63,846 nt of DNA, filler included, from Calcarisporiella thermophila CBS 279.70 (GCF_041956535.1; 7 parts of 7 records of this genome joined end to end with filler, not necessarily neighbours in it), one strand, 5' to 3'; shown: positions 41,648 to 55,921, counted from the whole stretch's first letter. The notes: a model not told the origin generated them from the sequence alone. Numbers and translations: made by a program.

Positions 41648-44373
41648 TTAAGCCTTATTTTTCGCAGACATTGCATTAAGAGCACTGCCTGCTTTAAACC
41701 ATTCAAACTGACCCTTATTTATAGTATGCTTCACTGGGATGTCAATAGTATGGCCATCTTGTTTTTTAAGTCGGAGAGTAAGCGGTTTACCTTCTGCAAA
41801 TTCATTAAGTCCGATGATTGAAACACGGTCTGACGGCCCAATCTTATCGTAATCGGCTGGGTTGGCAAAAGTAAGAGGAAGCACGCCTTGCTTTTTCAAA
41901 TTTGTTTCATGAATGCGCGCAAATGATTTGGTTACGACTGCAATGCCACCAAGATGGCGAACTTCCAAAGCAGCATGCTCACGAGATGAGCCCTCCCCGT
42001 AGTTGTCATCCCCAATAACTACCCATTGTATGCCACGCTTTTTGTAGTCACGAGCTACAGCAGGGACGGCATCATATTGGTTGGTGAAAACATTTTTGAC
42101 TCTGTTGGCCTCATCATTTTCAATGTTTATGGCACCAATAAGCAAATTATTGCTAATATTGTCGAGGTGTCCACGGTACTTGAGCCACGGACCAGCCATG
42201 GAAATATGATCGGTAGTACATTTACCCTTAACTTTGATTAGAATGGGAAGATCCTGGGGATCTTTGCCATCCCATTTAGCAAACGGCTGGAGAAACTGAA
42301 GCCGATTGGAATTGGGGGAAACTGCAACTTGAACAGATGAACGATCTTGTGGTGGTGCCTGATAGGTATTTTGTCCGGGATCGAAACCACGAGGAGGGAG
42401 CTCTTCGCCTGATGGCTCTTTAAATTGGAAAGTTTTACCATTTGAATCGACAAGAGTGTCTGTCATGGGATTAAATCGCAAATCGCCTGCAAAAACCATA
42501 GCAGTAACTAAATCAGGAGAAGCCACGAAGGCATGCGTAGCTGGGTTAGCATCGTTACGTCCTGTAAAATTGCGGTTGTAAGATGTAATAATTGAATTTT
42601 TTTCGCCTTTCTTCACATCACGACGATCCCATTGGCCGATGCATGGTCCACAAGCGTTAGCGAGCACAATGCCACCTGCCTTCTCGAAGATCTCCAGCTG
42701 GCCATCGCGTTCGATGGTTGCACGCACTTGCTCTGAACCAGGGGTAACTGTGAATTGAGATTTAACTTTGAGCCCTTTGTCCAATGCCTGCTCTGCGATA
42801 TTGGCGGAACGGGACAGATCCTCGTAGGAAGAATTCTATATATATTCAGACTATTAGTGTGTTGAAAGCAATTTACATTTAAAATAAATAATACCGTGCA
42901 TGAACCAATTAAACCAACTTTGAGCTCGGAAGGCCAGTTGTTCTTCTCAACTGCGTATTTAAATTTGCTAAGAGGCGTAGCAAGATCAGGAGTAAAAGGC
43001 CCATTGACATGGGGCTCCAGCTCAGAAAGATTAATTTCTATGAGCTGATCGTATTCGGCACCTTTATCTGCACTAAGATTGTGAGAGAAAGATTCCGCCA
43101 GTGATGCAATTTCAGGACGCTTCGTGGCACGTAAATAGTCTCCCATACGTTTGCTGAATGGGAAAAGAGAAGTGGTAGCGCCAATCTCGGCACCCATATT
43201 ACATATCGTGGCCATTCCCGTACAGGATATAGAATCGACACCAGGGCCAAAGTATTCAACAATAGCTCCAGTGCCACCTTTGACTGTGAGGATACCAGCT
43301 ACCTTCAAAATAATGTCTGAAAGAAAGTACGCTTTAACTAATCTATAAATTGATATTAAAAAAAAACACTACCTTTTGGAGCAGTCCAGCCAGAAAGTTT
43401 ACCGGTTAATTTTACACCTATAGTCTTGGGACATTTGAGCTCCCATGGGATATCTGCCATAACATCAACCGCATCAGCACCACCAACTCCAACAGCAACC
43501 ATACCCAGCCCACCGGCATTAGGTGTGTGTGAGTCAGTGCCGATCATGAGCCCACCGGGGAAGGCGTAATTTTCGAGAATAATTTGATGGATAATACCTG
43601 ATCCTGGCTTCCAAAATCCGATTCCATATTTGGCACATGAGGTTTGAAGAAATTCATAAACTAATAGAATGAAGATTCAGCTTCTTCAAAAATATAAATA
43701 TTAGGTGATTAACATACCTTCTCGGTTAATGTCAATAGCGCGTGCAAGATCTTTTGCACTGCCGACTTGCGCTTCTATTAGATGATCACAGTGTACTGTA
43801 GTAGGAACTGCGACGGTAGGAAGCCCGGCAGACATGAACTGGAGCAGAGCCATTTGTGCGGTAGCATCCTAGGGTACAATTGTTTAAAATACATATTATA
43901 ATTCTAAAAACTCCAATATATCACCTGACAGGCGACTCGATCAGGGCGCAATTTAAGGTACGATTTCCCACGTTCAATTTCTTGCCCGTGAGCATCATCT
44001 AAGTGACCGTACACTATCTTCTCGGAGAGCGTGAGAGGGCGGTTAAGGCTTCAAATTGATACTTGAATTATTAGAAATGATTCGAAATTCACGTGAATTA
44101 GCAATTTAAATACCGTTTCTTAATAATTTCAATATTATCCTGAATCCGCTGGTAATTTATGTATTTATCTTTTTCAAAATTGGACATAGCGACATTTTTA
44201 TGGTTTACTGAGCCTACTACTTGAGCAAAATGGCGAGCAGTTATTCTTTGGGATAATTCCGGTATCAGAGCCTTCTATTAGTTATATTGGAATGAGAATA
44301 GAATTAAACTATAATAAATAGAATAATAGAATTGTGCTACCCTAGTGGCTCTAAAAAAGTTGACTGAGAACAT
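41648..44373 (-). CDS. ACO1: Mitochondrial aconitase
   Basis: LRPDRVACQ|[25 protein letters not shown]|[44 protein letters not shown]. Confidence 0.97.
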
Positions 44374-44663
44374 TATGCTAGTCTATCTTAATGAATAGCA
44401 ATAAAAAAAAGTAGAGAGCGAGGATAAAGCTGTTATCATTGGAGAGGAACTAGCATGGAAACGAAAAAAAATAGCCGCGACAAGGGTAAAATTTAAGTAT
44501 CCATTGGTGGCTTCGCTACTTTCAGAACTTGCATAATTCCATTACGTGTCGAAAGTGATGGAAGATATTGCCTCTCTTACACTTGCCACATAATCTCCAA
44601 AAGCTAAAAAAATATCTAACGCGGCTCCCGCATATACACGTTAGTTTATACTCCCTACTTATT

Positions 44664-45702
44664 ATGGCTACAGCACCTCTCACAGACCGGATGATCGCAC
44701 TGGTCAAGGTACATTATAGTAACTATGAATTTTAGATGACGAGATGTTTATATAATCATATTATCATTGAACTCTGAAATCTACCACAAAATCAAAACAG
44801 CACTCGCAATTCATCTGGTGGGTCGGCCATGTGATAACGCTTATAACTGCGCTTTTCTACTATCTTAGCGTGATGACCTTCCGTCCCAATCCAACCTATT
44901 ATTATCGCGCGTATTTAGCATCCTTGGTTAGTTACTTTGTAGTAGTCTACCATTCATATAAGGTAAGCTAGACATTTAATAGAGATGGTGAAAAATGAAC
45001 CTAATCACTGACTTACATATTAGGTACCTCAATTCAACCTGTCGTTTGCGCGACGATTTCTCGCCGATGAAAACGTCCAATATTTATTTTTAGCTTTTTA
45101 TTGGTACAGCACATCTCCAATTTTTGGTATGGAATGGAAATAGTTCATTATATGTTGTTTTTTAATAGAACTAATTTTTCCGTTTAGTTACTCTTATTCC
45201 TTTTGCCACTTTTTCCGTCTTCCACACACTGGGTTACATCCGCTCCAATGTATTACCCACTTTCTTCCCTTCACTCATTTCTAATCGCACTTCCGCTGGC
45301 CCTAATACTGCTCAAACGGCTAACTTTCCAAGTTGGCTTGTTCAAGCAATCAAACAGCTAACTGATAAGCACTATGCTCCTGCAATGCGTTTCGTAGCTG
45401 TGGTTGAAGTGTGCCTTATTATGGGAACTCTGATACTCGGTGCGATCACTTTCCAGACGTCCTTCCTTGCACCAATACTTTATGCTCACTTCTTACGTCT
45501 ACGATATTTCATGAATCCTTATGTGCGCAATACTTTTCACGAAGTTGGCGCGCACCTTGATAAATTACTTCTACCGCCTACCGCAGATCCCAGAATCCCC
45601 CCAGTGATTGGTAAAATATATTCACAAGCCAAAACCCTGATTGTTCGATATGCACAGAGTGCTATTCAACAACCACAGAATCAATCACAACCCGGTCGGT
45701 AA
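44664..45702 (+). CDS. TMEM33/Pom33/Tts1-family ER/nuclear-pore membrane protein (4 exons)
   Basis: QFIWWVGH, YYRAYL, DENVQYLFLAFYW, LIPFATFSVFH, YAHFLRLRY. Confidence 0.85.
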
Positions 45703-45987
45703 CTTATTAATATTTTACCGAATTGCTTTTGCTAAGAGTTGTGTTTCTTTCAAGGGTTATTTTGCAGAAATAAACAGGATATATGTATGATGTAATAAAT
45801 GAGACAATTCACTTAAAAGAAGCAAATTATATGTTGGAGATAAAAATCAAAATAATATTGACACCGGCTATATATAGAAATAAAATATTCTTGATATTTG
45901 CCATTGAAATAGTATAGCGGCCTAGATACCATTTAGCATTGAAATCAAGAAAATATTATTTGAAATTAATTTTAAAAATATGCGCGA

Positions 45988-47475
45988 TTAGCTCAGTTCT
46001 TGAGGCTATTGCTGCTCAAGTCCATGAAAACAATTGTCACAAACACGATGGTACATAGAAGTTTGGAGACCAGATGGGGGCGCCGTAGGATCATGTACAA
46101 TCTGATCTGGACGTAGCAACATCTTTGAGGAGGAACATTTATCACAAATAACGCGACCACATCGACTAAGAATAAAAGGGATTATCTAGCACATGTTAGC
46201 CCGTAAATTAAACAGTAGAAAAGTTACCGGCAATGGTGACGTCTCAACCACAAATTAAATTTTCGTGTGCATAAACGGCACTCGTGCACATTATGATCAG
46301 ATTCCCATACTTTATTTCCTGACACAAGCGAAGTGTCACTTGAAACTGCATCGTTCACACGAGCTGAGCTGGTATCCTCTAATACAGTTGAATTCTGAGC
46401 TGTATTACCATCCTCATTTGGACGAATTCCATAATTTGTCGCTTCTAGGGAAGACCTCACGAAGGAAGTAGAGATATTAAGATTTTCATTGCTTTGAGCA
46501 GAAGACTCTTCAAAATGTATTGTAAACCTCGGCGACGATGATGGGTTGATCGAATTAGTTGATCTTCGTGATAATTCTTGACTTGAAGAGAAGGAATTTC
46601 GGTTCTGGCGGTGGAAATTCTCGGGTTGAACTCCGTCTGAAACGGTATATCCAGTGCTTGATGACCATGGATTGCCTAATAATTCTTCTTGGCCAATTGC
46701 TGAGGGTAGAGCAATTGTATTCGCTGCAGAAGAAAATTCTGATGCTTGATGATCATGCTGTAAGTCCTCTCTGTATACATCTTGGGAACTATTCACAGGA
46801 TTCTCAGTAGCCAGATTCCCTTGTACTAATAGTTGTTCAAATAAAAGTTTAATAAAAGAGCTTTGCAAAAAATATATCAACAAATTAGCGAATTACCAGC
46901 ATCAATGAATCCTTGGCTAGGTAGCCCCTCAATTTCATCCGGAATGCTCATTTGTTTCTTCAATACTCGGAACCAACGCCGTCTTCGCACCCAGTTTCCT
47001 CCAGAGCTAGGTTGGTGTGGTGACCACATTTTATCAGGATCTTCAAAATTTTTTGAATACTGCCACCCATCAATGCCTGCACGAGGATATTTGTAATCAA
47101 TTTCCCAGTCCGATAACCAGAACCAAGAGAGTGAGGAAGTAGAAGAGGAATGTGATGGCAATTGCACATCTTCACGGCGGCATGGTTTCCCTGAGGGATG
47201 AAGGGACCATGGGCCCCTGGAGTCTTGTTTTGTGAGAGCAGAAGCTGTAAATTTGGGCTGACCCAGTGCTAGCGGAAAGGAGGAAATAGATCGTTGATTC
47301 TCGTGTACAAATATAATAGCAGTATTGTGTAATTTTATAAGAGTATACGGTTCATCAGCTGGCCCGAGGAAATCAATTTGGTTATCTGTTAAAGTACATA
47401 TCTTAAAAATTCTAGAGAAATCTAATAATAAAATGATATGAGCTTACCTTTTTGATTCAGTTTCTTTTTACCCTT
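45988..47475 (-). CDS. DysF (dysferlin/Pex24-type) domain + C-terminal FYVE zinc-finger protein; 5' end lost in gap
   Basis: WFWLSDWEIDY...DGWQYS...WVRRRRWFR (DysF); WESD...CRLC..KFNLWLRRHHCR|RCGRVICDKCS...RVCDNC (FYVE). Confidence 0.8.
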
Positions 47476-47575
47476 NNNNNNNNNNNNNNNNNNNNNNNNN
47501 NNNNNNNNNNNNNNNNNNNTTAATTAATTAANNNNNNNNNNNNNNNNNNNNNNNNNNNNNNNNNNNNNNNNNNNN

Positions 47576-47814
47576 TCGACTATGTTGCGGAGGAGCTCAT
47601 TCAACAATCGGTACAGAAGATTTGTAAAGACAAAACCTGTCTGATAATTGCGCATCGCCTGAAGAGCGTTCTCGATTTGGATAAGGTGCTCGTACTGGAT
47701 GCAGGTCGCGTGGTAGAGTTTGACACTCCAAAAAATCTGTTGGATATCGAAAACGGCCATTTCAATCAAATGGTGAAAAGGACGAATCTTGGGATAACTC
47801 AATCCGAAGACTAA
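47576..47814 (+). CDS. C-terminal fragment of an ABCC/MRP-type ABC transporter (remainder in gap)
   Basis: Frame not in the ORF track: DYVAEELIQQSVQK...TCLIIAHRLKSVLDLDKVLVLDAGRVVEFDTPKNLL...FNQMV, containing the H-loop. Confidence 0.85.
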
Positions 47815-49078
47815 GCAGTGCATGGACGAGAAACATTTTAGAATTTATAATAAATGAGAGTTTGATGATATTTAAATAAAATTTCAATAATGCTTGGTAG
47901 TTGAACAGAATATTTGAAGCAAATATACAGTGCCTATACCATATTCAGAGATACATTCCTCCCATACGTGAAAGAGTAAAATTGTAATACAAGAGTGGTT
48001 GAATAAAATAATTACGTACACTATGCCACTTTTGATTTTTTGAGCAAGAGTCGTATTGTAGAGCGTCAAGCCCATTATCGAAACGAAACAAATGTCAAAT
48101 ACTACGATCAATAGCGCTGCCCCACACCATCAGACCATTCCGACATGTTTCATTGTAGGTTGAATACGTCTACTGCTAAGAAGTTTTCCCTTGTGTCTGA
48201 AGTAGAATTGCTCTTGTTACATTCATTAACGTCAAATTTTATCTCATAAGAAAAACAATGCTCGCTTGCAATCTGCAGTCTAATTAAAGTGCTTTAAGAA
48301 TTCCATCATCTGTGGTGCACAATTAGAAATGGGGATTCTTCACGCGCATTAAATTCAATATATCTTCTAGCTGCATCACTCTCCTACGACATTGACTGCC
48401 ACATCTCTGTTGTATTCCGCTTTGAAGTATTTTCTCATGTCAGGAGTTATTACATTGACAAGAAGTCGTCAATGTAACTATCTTTCCCTCTTCTCCCTTA
48501 CTCAGAGCACGAGAACGGCCAGCAAGTGGCCTAAAGTCCTGGGAGTCGCCTTCCCTTTTCGTTAGTATTTCTAGCAGGTGTTGTGAAATGAATGTACAAG
48601 ACCGGCGATTTGAAAAGAAAATTTCCTCTCTCGGAAATTGAAAAATGTTAGCGCGAGTCTTTTTGAAAAGCGGCCTAACTTAACACAAAAACGGCTGAGC
48701 TGCTTTCATAAACGAGAAAAAGGAGCAAAGTAAATATATAAATCTGCAACAAGCTTTCAATTTCAATTTCAAGTCCAAAAAACTATCCGTTGAATGTATA
48801 GTAGATTAGCAACATATTTTTCAATACCCTGGTGTTCTAATTTCCCCTCTATTAGCCAGGGATGCAAATAGCCCTGAATATTGCGTAGGGGTTGTAGTTT
48901 CAACATATTTCCATCATTCTCCTGCAAGAAAAGTATTAATTGATATTTAAAAACATCCTGGGTATGGTGACATTTCAGGCTAGTAAGTATAATTTTATTT
49001 TGAAGATTAGGTTGAATCAAAATAATTAGAAAAGAGTGATAAAATATAATGTATAATCCATAGATGGTCGTATCAGCA

Positions 49079-49788
49079 TTAATTCATGTTGGAGTACTCT
49101 AACTTAGTATCTTTGTTACGCTTTAGATGTTTAGCGTAGGATGAGAGCACCATAGAGAAGTGAATCATCAATAGGATCACAACGGCCCCGACTCCACCTA
49201 CAACTCCTAAAGTCAATCCTCTTCCGTATTTGCACTCGCCCAATAAAAATTGAGCCTCTTTGTCCAAAACCATCCCCTCAATGTTTTGTCGGCCGAAATT
49301 CGCCTGCAAACAGGCATTCTGATAGTTAACGCCAATAATTATCATCACAATCACGTAGCCTATAATGGTGATCACGGTGTCGATCCACGAAAGGGTGGCA
49401 AATAGAATAACAAGTGCGCGTCGTTTAGTAATGGCGCCAATCATCCCGCACAAGCCAACGATTGCCATGAGTATGTTAATGCCAAGATAAACATAAGAAG
49501 CGATGCTAGAATTTCCAGGGCTCGCTGAAAGTTACAAATAAAAATTCGACTCCATTGTTAGACAGATTTGGACGTGTAATCCTTTATTTAAGTGCTTACC
49601 TCTCCCCAATAAACCATATAGGACTGCATTTCCTGTACCAATAATCTATTTGCGTTATAACGAGGCAATTAATGATCTGCCACTGTAATTCAAGGACACC
49701 AAACTGTAATAGTACTTACAATGTAAAAGAGAGCAATAACAATGGTTGCAGCACGAGGCGGGATACAAAGACAGCAATTAATAGCCAT
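49079..49788 (-). CDS. Small four-TM membrane protein with N-terminal CCxCIP motif (tetraspanin/LAPTM-like; 3 exons)
   Basis: MAINCCLCIPPRAATIVIALFYI, two GT-AG introns, four hydrophobic helices, Cys pair in the last loop. Confidence 0.75.
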
Positions 49789-50929
49789 TATGTGAAATGT
49801 GGGAAAGAATGCAAAATTAAAGAATATTGAATCTGATTGAAAATGAAGTAAATTTTGTTTCGGTGAAAATACGAATTTAAGAATTGTCTTTATATATAGT
49901 CCAGAAATTCTAGAAATTCGACTTTAGGGCTAAGCATAAGCCATTTTGTACTCCGCTTTAATACCACTTAAAATTCGTTCAGAAATTCAGAAGGTTACTT
50001 GGCATTTGGTATCACTTAACGGGAACTTTCGTGAGCACGGTATATGCCGATATTGTTTTGAACACGGCAAGGATAAGTTAACTCTTTCGCGGGCTTTGGC
50101 TATGAAATCGCTTATGGTATTACCCAGCTTGATTTTTGATTTGTGAAGTTTTTAAATTATAGAATGAGAGAGTATAAAGATGACGATTATATGATGAATA
50201 GCGATCGTTTTAAAACCAATTAGTGTATTGGATCGTAATCTAGCTTAGATTCACAGAAATTCTTAACAGTGGAATCTTTAACAGTGGAACGGCAGGAGCC
50301 GATGATAGAAGGCTGAGTCTTAAACCCTTTTAGCTAAATTATGAATGACATAATGTGGCTTGTTATATTAATATCACCACTTTAACTGGTTTACGAAGCT
50401 TTAAATTTCTGAATCGAGATAAGCCACATGTTTTTGAATGGTTTAGCAAAGACATCATTTAACTCGCAAGCTTCTTGGATATGTGGATAACGTTGATCAC
50501 TCACAGGCCAAGAAATCTCGCAAAGTTTGAGAGGATTAATAGGGATATTTGGATATTATAATAAAAGTGCTCATACAAGAAATTCTAACTTACTATTGAA
50601 ATTACATGAAAAGGTAGAATGAATCATGCGATTATCGTTACTTGATGCTAATAACTTGAAAATTCCGCCAGAGATCTATTTAAGATATTCTTTCGGATAA
50701 TAAAAAGCTGTCCGTGCTGCTGCTAATTAATTCCCAATAATAGACTTTACTAATTGCTTCTTTAGCAATTCAGTAACGAGTATATTTTCATGATCGATTC
50801 TTATAAGAACAAAGTGTAATTGATGAGATACTCTTGTGTTCTATTTTAGATCGTAATAATTTTAATATAGGGTGATTCGTGATTTTAACCATAGATATCG
50901 TATGTCATAAGGATTACAAAATTAATACT

Positions 50930-52750
50930 AAGGCCCTTGAAATCCCTTTTGGCATTTTTATCGAGTCTGGTCGTCCCAGTAAGGACGAAATTCTATTATT
51001 GAACATGGACATCAAGCCATTCCTGGACAAACACCGCAAATAATGTGGAAGAAATTGAAGTATCTGCTGCTACAAGATCCAAAACTGGGCCATCGCCACA
51101 AAGAGTAGTAACATCTAATGCTTTACCTTCCAAGAATGCTAGCAAATTCTCTATTAAATAACATAAAGAGTTAAAAAAAGTATTATATTTAGCTATTAAC
51201 GATAAAAGGTGAGTTGACTTGTGAAAATTATTTAATTTTCAAGGTTATATAGCACTTAGGACTTATTACTTATAAAGATGAGCAGATTGTCCCATTTATC
51301 TATTTTATTATAGCATTATCCATGCTTTAATTTAGAAAATATTGAATATTAGAATAAACTAGGTATTACGCCTCCCACCAACGTAAGTATATATGCCATT
51401 ATTGAGATACCACTTTTCTTTCGGAAAAGTTGTCCCAAACTCGTCACTTCTACTATAGCAGAAGATAAGTGGAAATTTTCCAATAATATCCTAGGCAAAT
51501 GGTTCAGTTTCACGAATAGATATGGCAAGCGTCGTGGTTGCAGCTAATTGTGCTTGCTTGAATAATCTAATGTTATCTTTAGAGTTGAATACAATATCAG
51601 TCGACATTTCCAATGACAAATGGAGATCTAACAGGTCGAAAAACAATTTTCTAAATTTCTGGAAAATATACTTCCAATCAGTCAACTCGTGTAAAACTAA
51701 AGAATATTCGCAGCGATCAATAATGCTGAGTCTATTGTATAGATACAGTATGCTGCACGAATGTATATGAAATTGAGGTGTTTTACTAAACACATTAATA
51801 TCTATTTTATTTATCTAAACTAATACTTGATACTTCATTGATATAAAATAGAAGGTCTAGCCTTTCCATCCATGTATATATCGAGAATGTTTACAAAAAA
51901 AATATCCGAAACACAGGGGGTTGAAATTGCCAAATATGTATATTTGACTTTTGCAATTTTTCCAACAAATCGATCCTTTTACTTTTCTCCTTTATCACCA
52001 AGCTAATCCCTATTATTTAGTAGAGGCTTCTCTGATAATACATATAGAAAAGACTTACGACTGCATACTTCCGAGAGGTTTTTCAACGAATACTTGCCTA
52101 ACATCTTGTTAAGATGATTTAGTTCAGACCCAAAGTTCGTCCTTGTTCTTAAGCCTTCAAGACTAATTATCGAGATAGAGTTATACAGTACTCCACAAGT
52201 TTTCGATGGAAAATTGTTCCTAAGGCAGGAAAGGCCACTACCATGCTTGTAGCTTAAATACCCTTCAACAAAATTTTGAATTTTTGGCCGTTTGCTTATT
52301 TTCATTGTCTGGTTAGAATATATTCCTCTACTTGCCCATGCCATAGCATTAAAAAGTGCCTATGAAGTTATCGCGAAGAACAGTGTAGCTAAGTAATGCA
52401 CCCATTTCCCTATCTTTTTTCACAATTGGACAACATTATGTTCACTGATACATCTTTTGCACACCATTGACTTTCCACAGTTACTCACCAGGGGCCGTGT
52501 TTGATTATCCCGGTGCTGTTCATCTTCCGCGTTTTATAATAATATTTCATCACTGTGTTCCTGAAGATACCGTATTTACAGATATTTGACCACACCGTAG
52601 TCATCTGTTGCTGCAAACTCTAATTGATGTGTATTTTGGAGAACCCGTCTTCTTTCAATCAAGTTCCAATCCAAGGAGAGGCTTTCTTTTGGTGACCTTT
52701 GCTGATAAATAGAATCTATGCTATACTCTCCTTACGATATCAAGAGATGT
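50930..52750 (-). pseudogene. Possible decayed gene of unknown family
   Basis: Several protein-like minus-strand ORF pieces (51491-51793, 52003-52344 and ~50960-51140) that do not join into a clean model. Confidence 0.3.
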
Positions 52751-54554
52751 TTTGATACCTTACACGTTTTTGAGGGCTGTTGTTTGCCTTAATTTCTNNN
52801 NNNNNNNNNNNNNNNNNNNNNNNNNNNNNNNNNNNNNNNNNNNNNNNNNNNNNNNNNNNNNNNNNNNNNNNNNNNNNNNNNNNNNNNNNNNNNNNNNNNN
52901 NNNNNNNNNNNNNNNNNNNNNNNNNNNNNNNNNNNNNNNNNNNNNNNNNNNNNNNNNNNNNNNNNNNNNNNNNNNNNNNNNNNNNNNNNNNNNNNNNNNN
53001 NNNNNNNNNNNNNNNNNNNNNNNNNNNNNNNNNNNNNNNNNNNNNNNNNNNNNNNNNNNNNNNNNNNNNNNNNNNNNNNNNNNNNNNNNNNNNNNNNNNN
53101 NNNNNNNNNNNNNNNNNNNNNNNNNNNNNNNNNNNNNNNNNNNNNNNNNNNNNNNNNNNNNNNNNNNNNNNNNNNNNNNNNNNNNNNNNNNNNNNNNNNN
53201 NNNNNNNNNNNNNNNNNNNNNNNNNNNNNNNNNNNNNNNNNNNNNNNNNNNNNNNNNNNNNNNNNNNNNNNNNNNNNNNNNNNNNNNNNNNNNNNNNNNN
53301 NNNNNNNNNNNNNNNNNNNATCTCTCGGAAAATTTTCGTTTAAACTTTTGTGATAATTATGAAATGTTATTGCCTTTATGTTGTACTATTATAATATAAA
53401 TCATCATTGTTATACTTCATGGGATAAAAGAACAATAAGAGCAATAAGAAAAATACTTTAATTTCACATACCTTCGTGCGGCATACTGTAATATTACTAG
53501 CGTACGGTTTATCAGCCCAATGTTTATTGTCTCTATTATGCAACGGTAAACTTTGAATACCACATAGTACTGTTTGTTCATAAAATAGCCCGGGAAGTGA
53601 CTATGAAGAACAAGATATCTGGCGTAAAATAAGTGACTATGGGAATTCTACGGGAATTTGTTTGACATCTCCCTGCTACTAAATTGAGGTACCCAGCTTA
53701 AAAAACTCTATGAAACGTGGAGTAGTATAATGGTATCATGTCAAATACGATCTTTCAATTTATTTATACATTTATTAACCTATTGTTCGCAATATTTAAA
53801 GCGTTGTGATTGAGCACATTATTTTATATATATACTCTAAGATTCCGTACTTATTAATACAAAATAAAATATGTATATCCTGCAAAATAGCCCAGCTCTC
53901 AGTATTTAAATGGGTCTATAGAATGGGGCAACACGCACAAAATCGTAGAGTGACGATCATGAGAAATTTCACTAAGTCGTTTTCATAGGTGTAGAAAATA
54001 AAATATGCGAAACCTAGAGCAATAGACTGATGCAAATCTGTGATGATCCAATGCATTCGAAGAATCATTTATGTGAAGTGCAAGCAGAATAGATACAGTA
54101 TGCTTACCTTCGTTATGTGATTCTTGAATGTGTTTCAGTTGCCTAATATGCGTCATTGATTCAGGGAAGGGTTCTTGAATATATTCAAGCGTGAGAATCG
54201 ATGCTTCTCGGTTGCCTAACCAAATTGTAGGTAGGGTAAGTTCTATAGATTGTACAGGTTTCAACATGAGCGGCGTTAATGAATACTTCATACTATGAAT
54301 AGACTTTTTCACTTATCTGGACAAGGAAGTGAAGCGAAAAGACCAGGGCATTTTTTTTTTCGATGTCAATCAGCCAATACCCTGATTTCATTGCGTTCAC
54401 ACGACCGCTTATCTTTTATCCATAAACGAAAATTTTATAGAAATATACTCTTCACCAATTACCTATAAAGGAGCTAAAAAACGCTATAAAATCTGCAAAA
54501 GCCGTAGTATTCTCTCTCTAATAAAAAAAGTCTAACATTTATACTCAAGTAAAG

Positions 54555-55921
54555 ATGAACGCTTATAAAATTATCAATCGCGTTACCAATTTACTTGGAA
54601 TTACCCAGCCTCCTACATTCAAACGCGAGATTCCTCTCTTCACTGATGAGGGAGTTACTAATGCAGAGAGAACTTATCACACTTTCATCACAGGTGATAA
54701 ATTACGATTATCCCTAACTCGCTTCAAACGAGGGGCCGGAACTTGCAACAATGTCGTTATTTTTATGCATGGTTTAACTACATCGAGCGATATGTTCATT
54801 ATGCCTGAGCAGGAAGTCAACTGTGTCAATTATTTTCTGGATAATGGCTACACTGACGTATGGTGCGTCGACAATCGCATTTCAATGCGCTGGCCCTACA
54901 ATCTTGAGGTCCACGAGTATACACTCGATCATATAGCAAAATATGATAATCCCAAGATGATTGAAACGGTGCGCAAGGTTGTTGGAGATGGGCCAAAAAT
55001 TCATGTCATTGCTCATTGTGTCAACGCTATGTCGATCCTAATGAGCGCTGCGGCAGGTAAGATTTAATCTTTGGCGTATAACTTAAATTAGGGCTACATT
55101 AGCAAATTATATGCAGGTGTTATTCCAGATGTCAGTACTATTACTGTCAACTCGACTGGGCTTACACCCCGTGTTACCTTGGGTGCATGGCTTAAGATCC
55201 AGTTGGCTCCTTTGCTTGTGAATTATACCATGGAGCATATTTCACCCAAATTTAGCCGAGAGAGGATGTATACATATCGCAGGTTATTGGGCAATCTAGT
55301 TTCGCTATTTCATCTGGAGTGCGAAATTCCTGAATGCCATATGGTCTCATTCATGTGGTCAGTAGGTTTTCCAGGGGTATGGCAGCATAAGAACTTGGAG
55401 CCCAAAACTCATGCTCGTACCGGAGATCTATATGGTGCAACGTCATACAAATACGATTGGCATATCCGTAAATGCCTTAATGCCGGTAAGATCGTCAAGT
55501 GGGATCCCAACGACAGACAATTTTCAAACATGCCTAATGACTACCTTGACGCCGCTACCAATATCAACATTCCTATTTTCCTGGTTACGGGGAGCAAAAA
55601 TGGGGTATTCCCAAGATCCAACGATACCCTCTACAACCATATGAAGCTCAGAGGCAAGCAAAACTTTCATTTCCATATATTCCAAGAATATGGCCATCAG
55701 GTATGTTGTTCGGCTATATTGATAGCAGAAGAAATTTGCCTAGATAATATCGCAGTGGTGGAAACTCTTCACTAACCCATTTCTTAATGACATTGCATTT
55801 CTAGGATGTGTTCATGGGTAAACGTGTACATAAAGACGTTTTACCTGTATTGAAGAACTTTATAACTATGCAGAGTTTAGATAAAAAGAATATAGCAAGG
55901 GCTGGCAATATTGAAGAGTAG
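54555..55921 (+). CDS. Alpha/beta-hydrolase-fold protein with Cys at the nucleophile elbow (resembles the hydrolase domain found with some bacterial cholesterol-oxidase/esterase proteins); 3 exons
   Basis: HGLTTSSDMFIMPE, GYTDVW.VDNR, HVIAHCVNA, YGHQ|DVFMGK across the last intron; stop at 55919-55921. Confidence 0.8.

Noticed and set aside
48450-48477. Hairpin TTACATTGAC-N8-GTCAATGTAA
   Set aside because: Isolated 10-bp stem in AT-rich intergenic DNA with no supporting context
52752-53399. Long ORFs in the track spanning 52798-53329
   Set aside because: Composed of Ns
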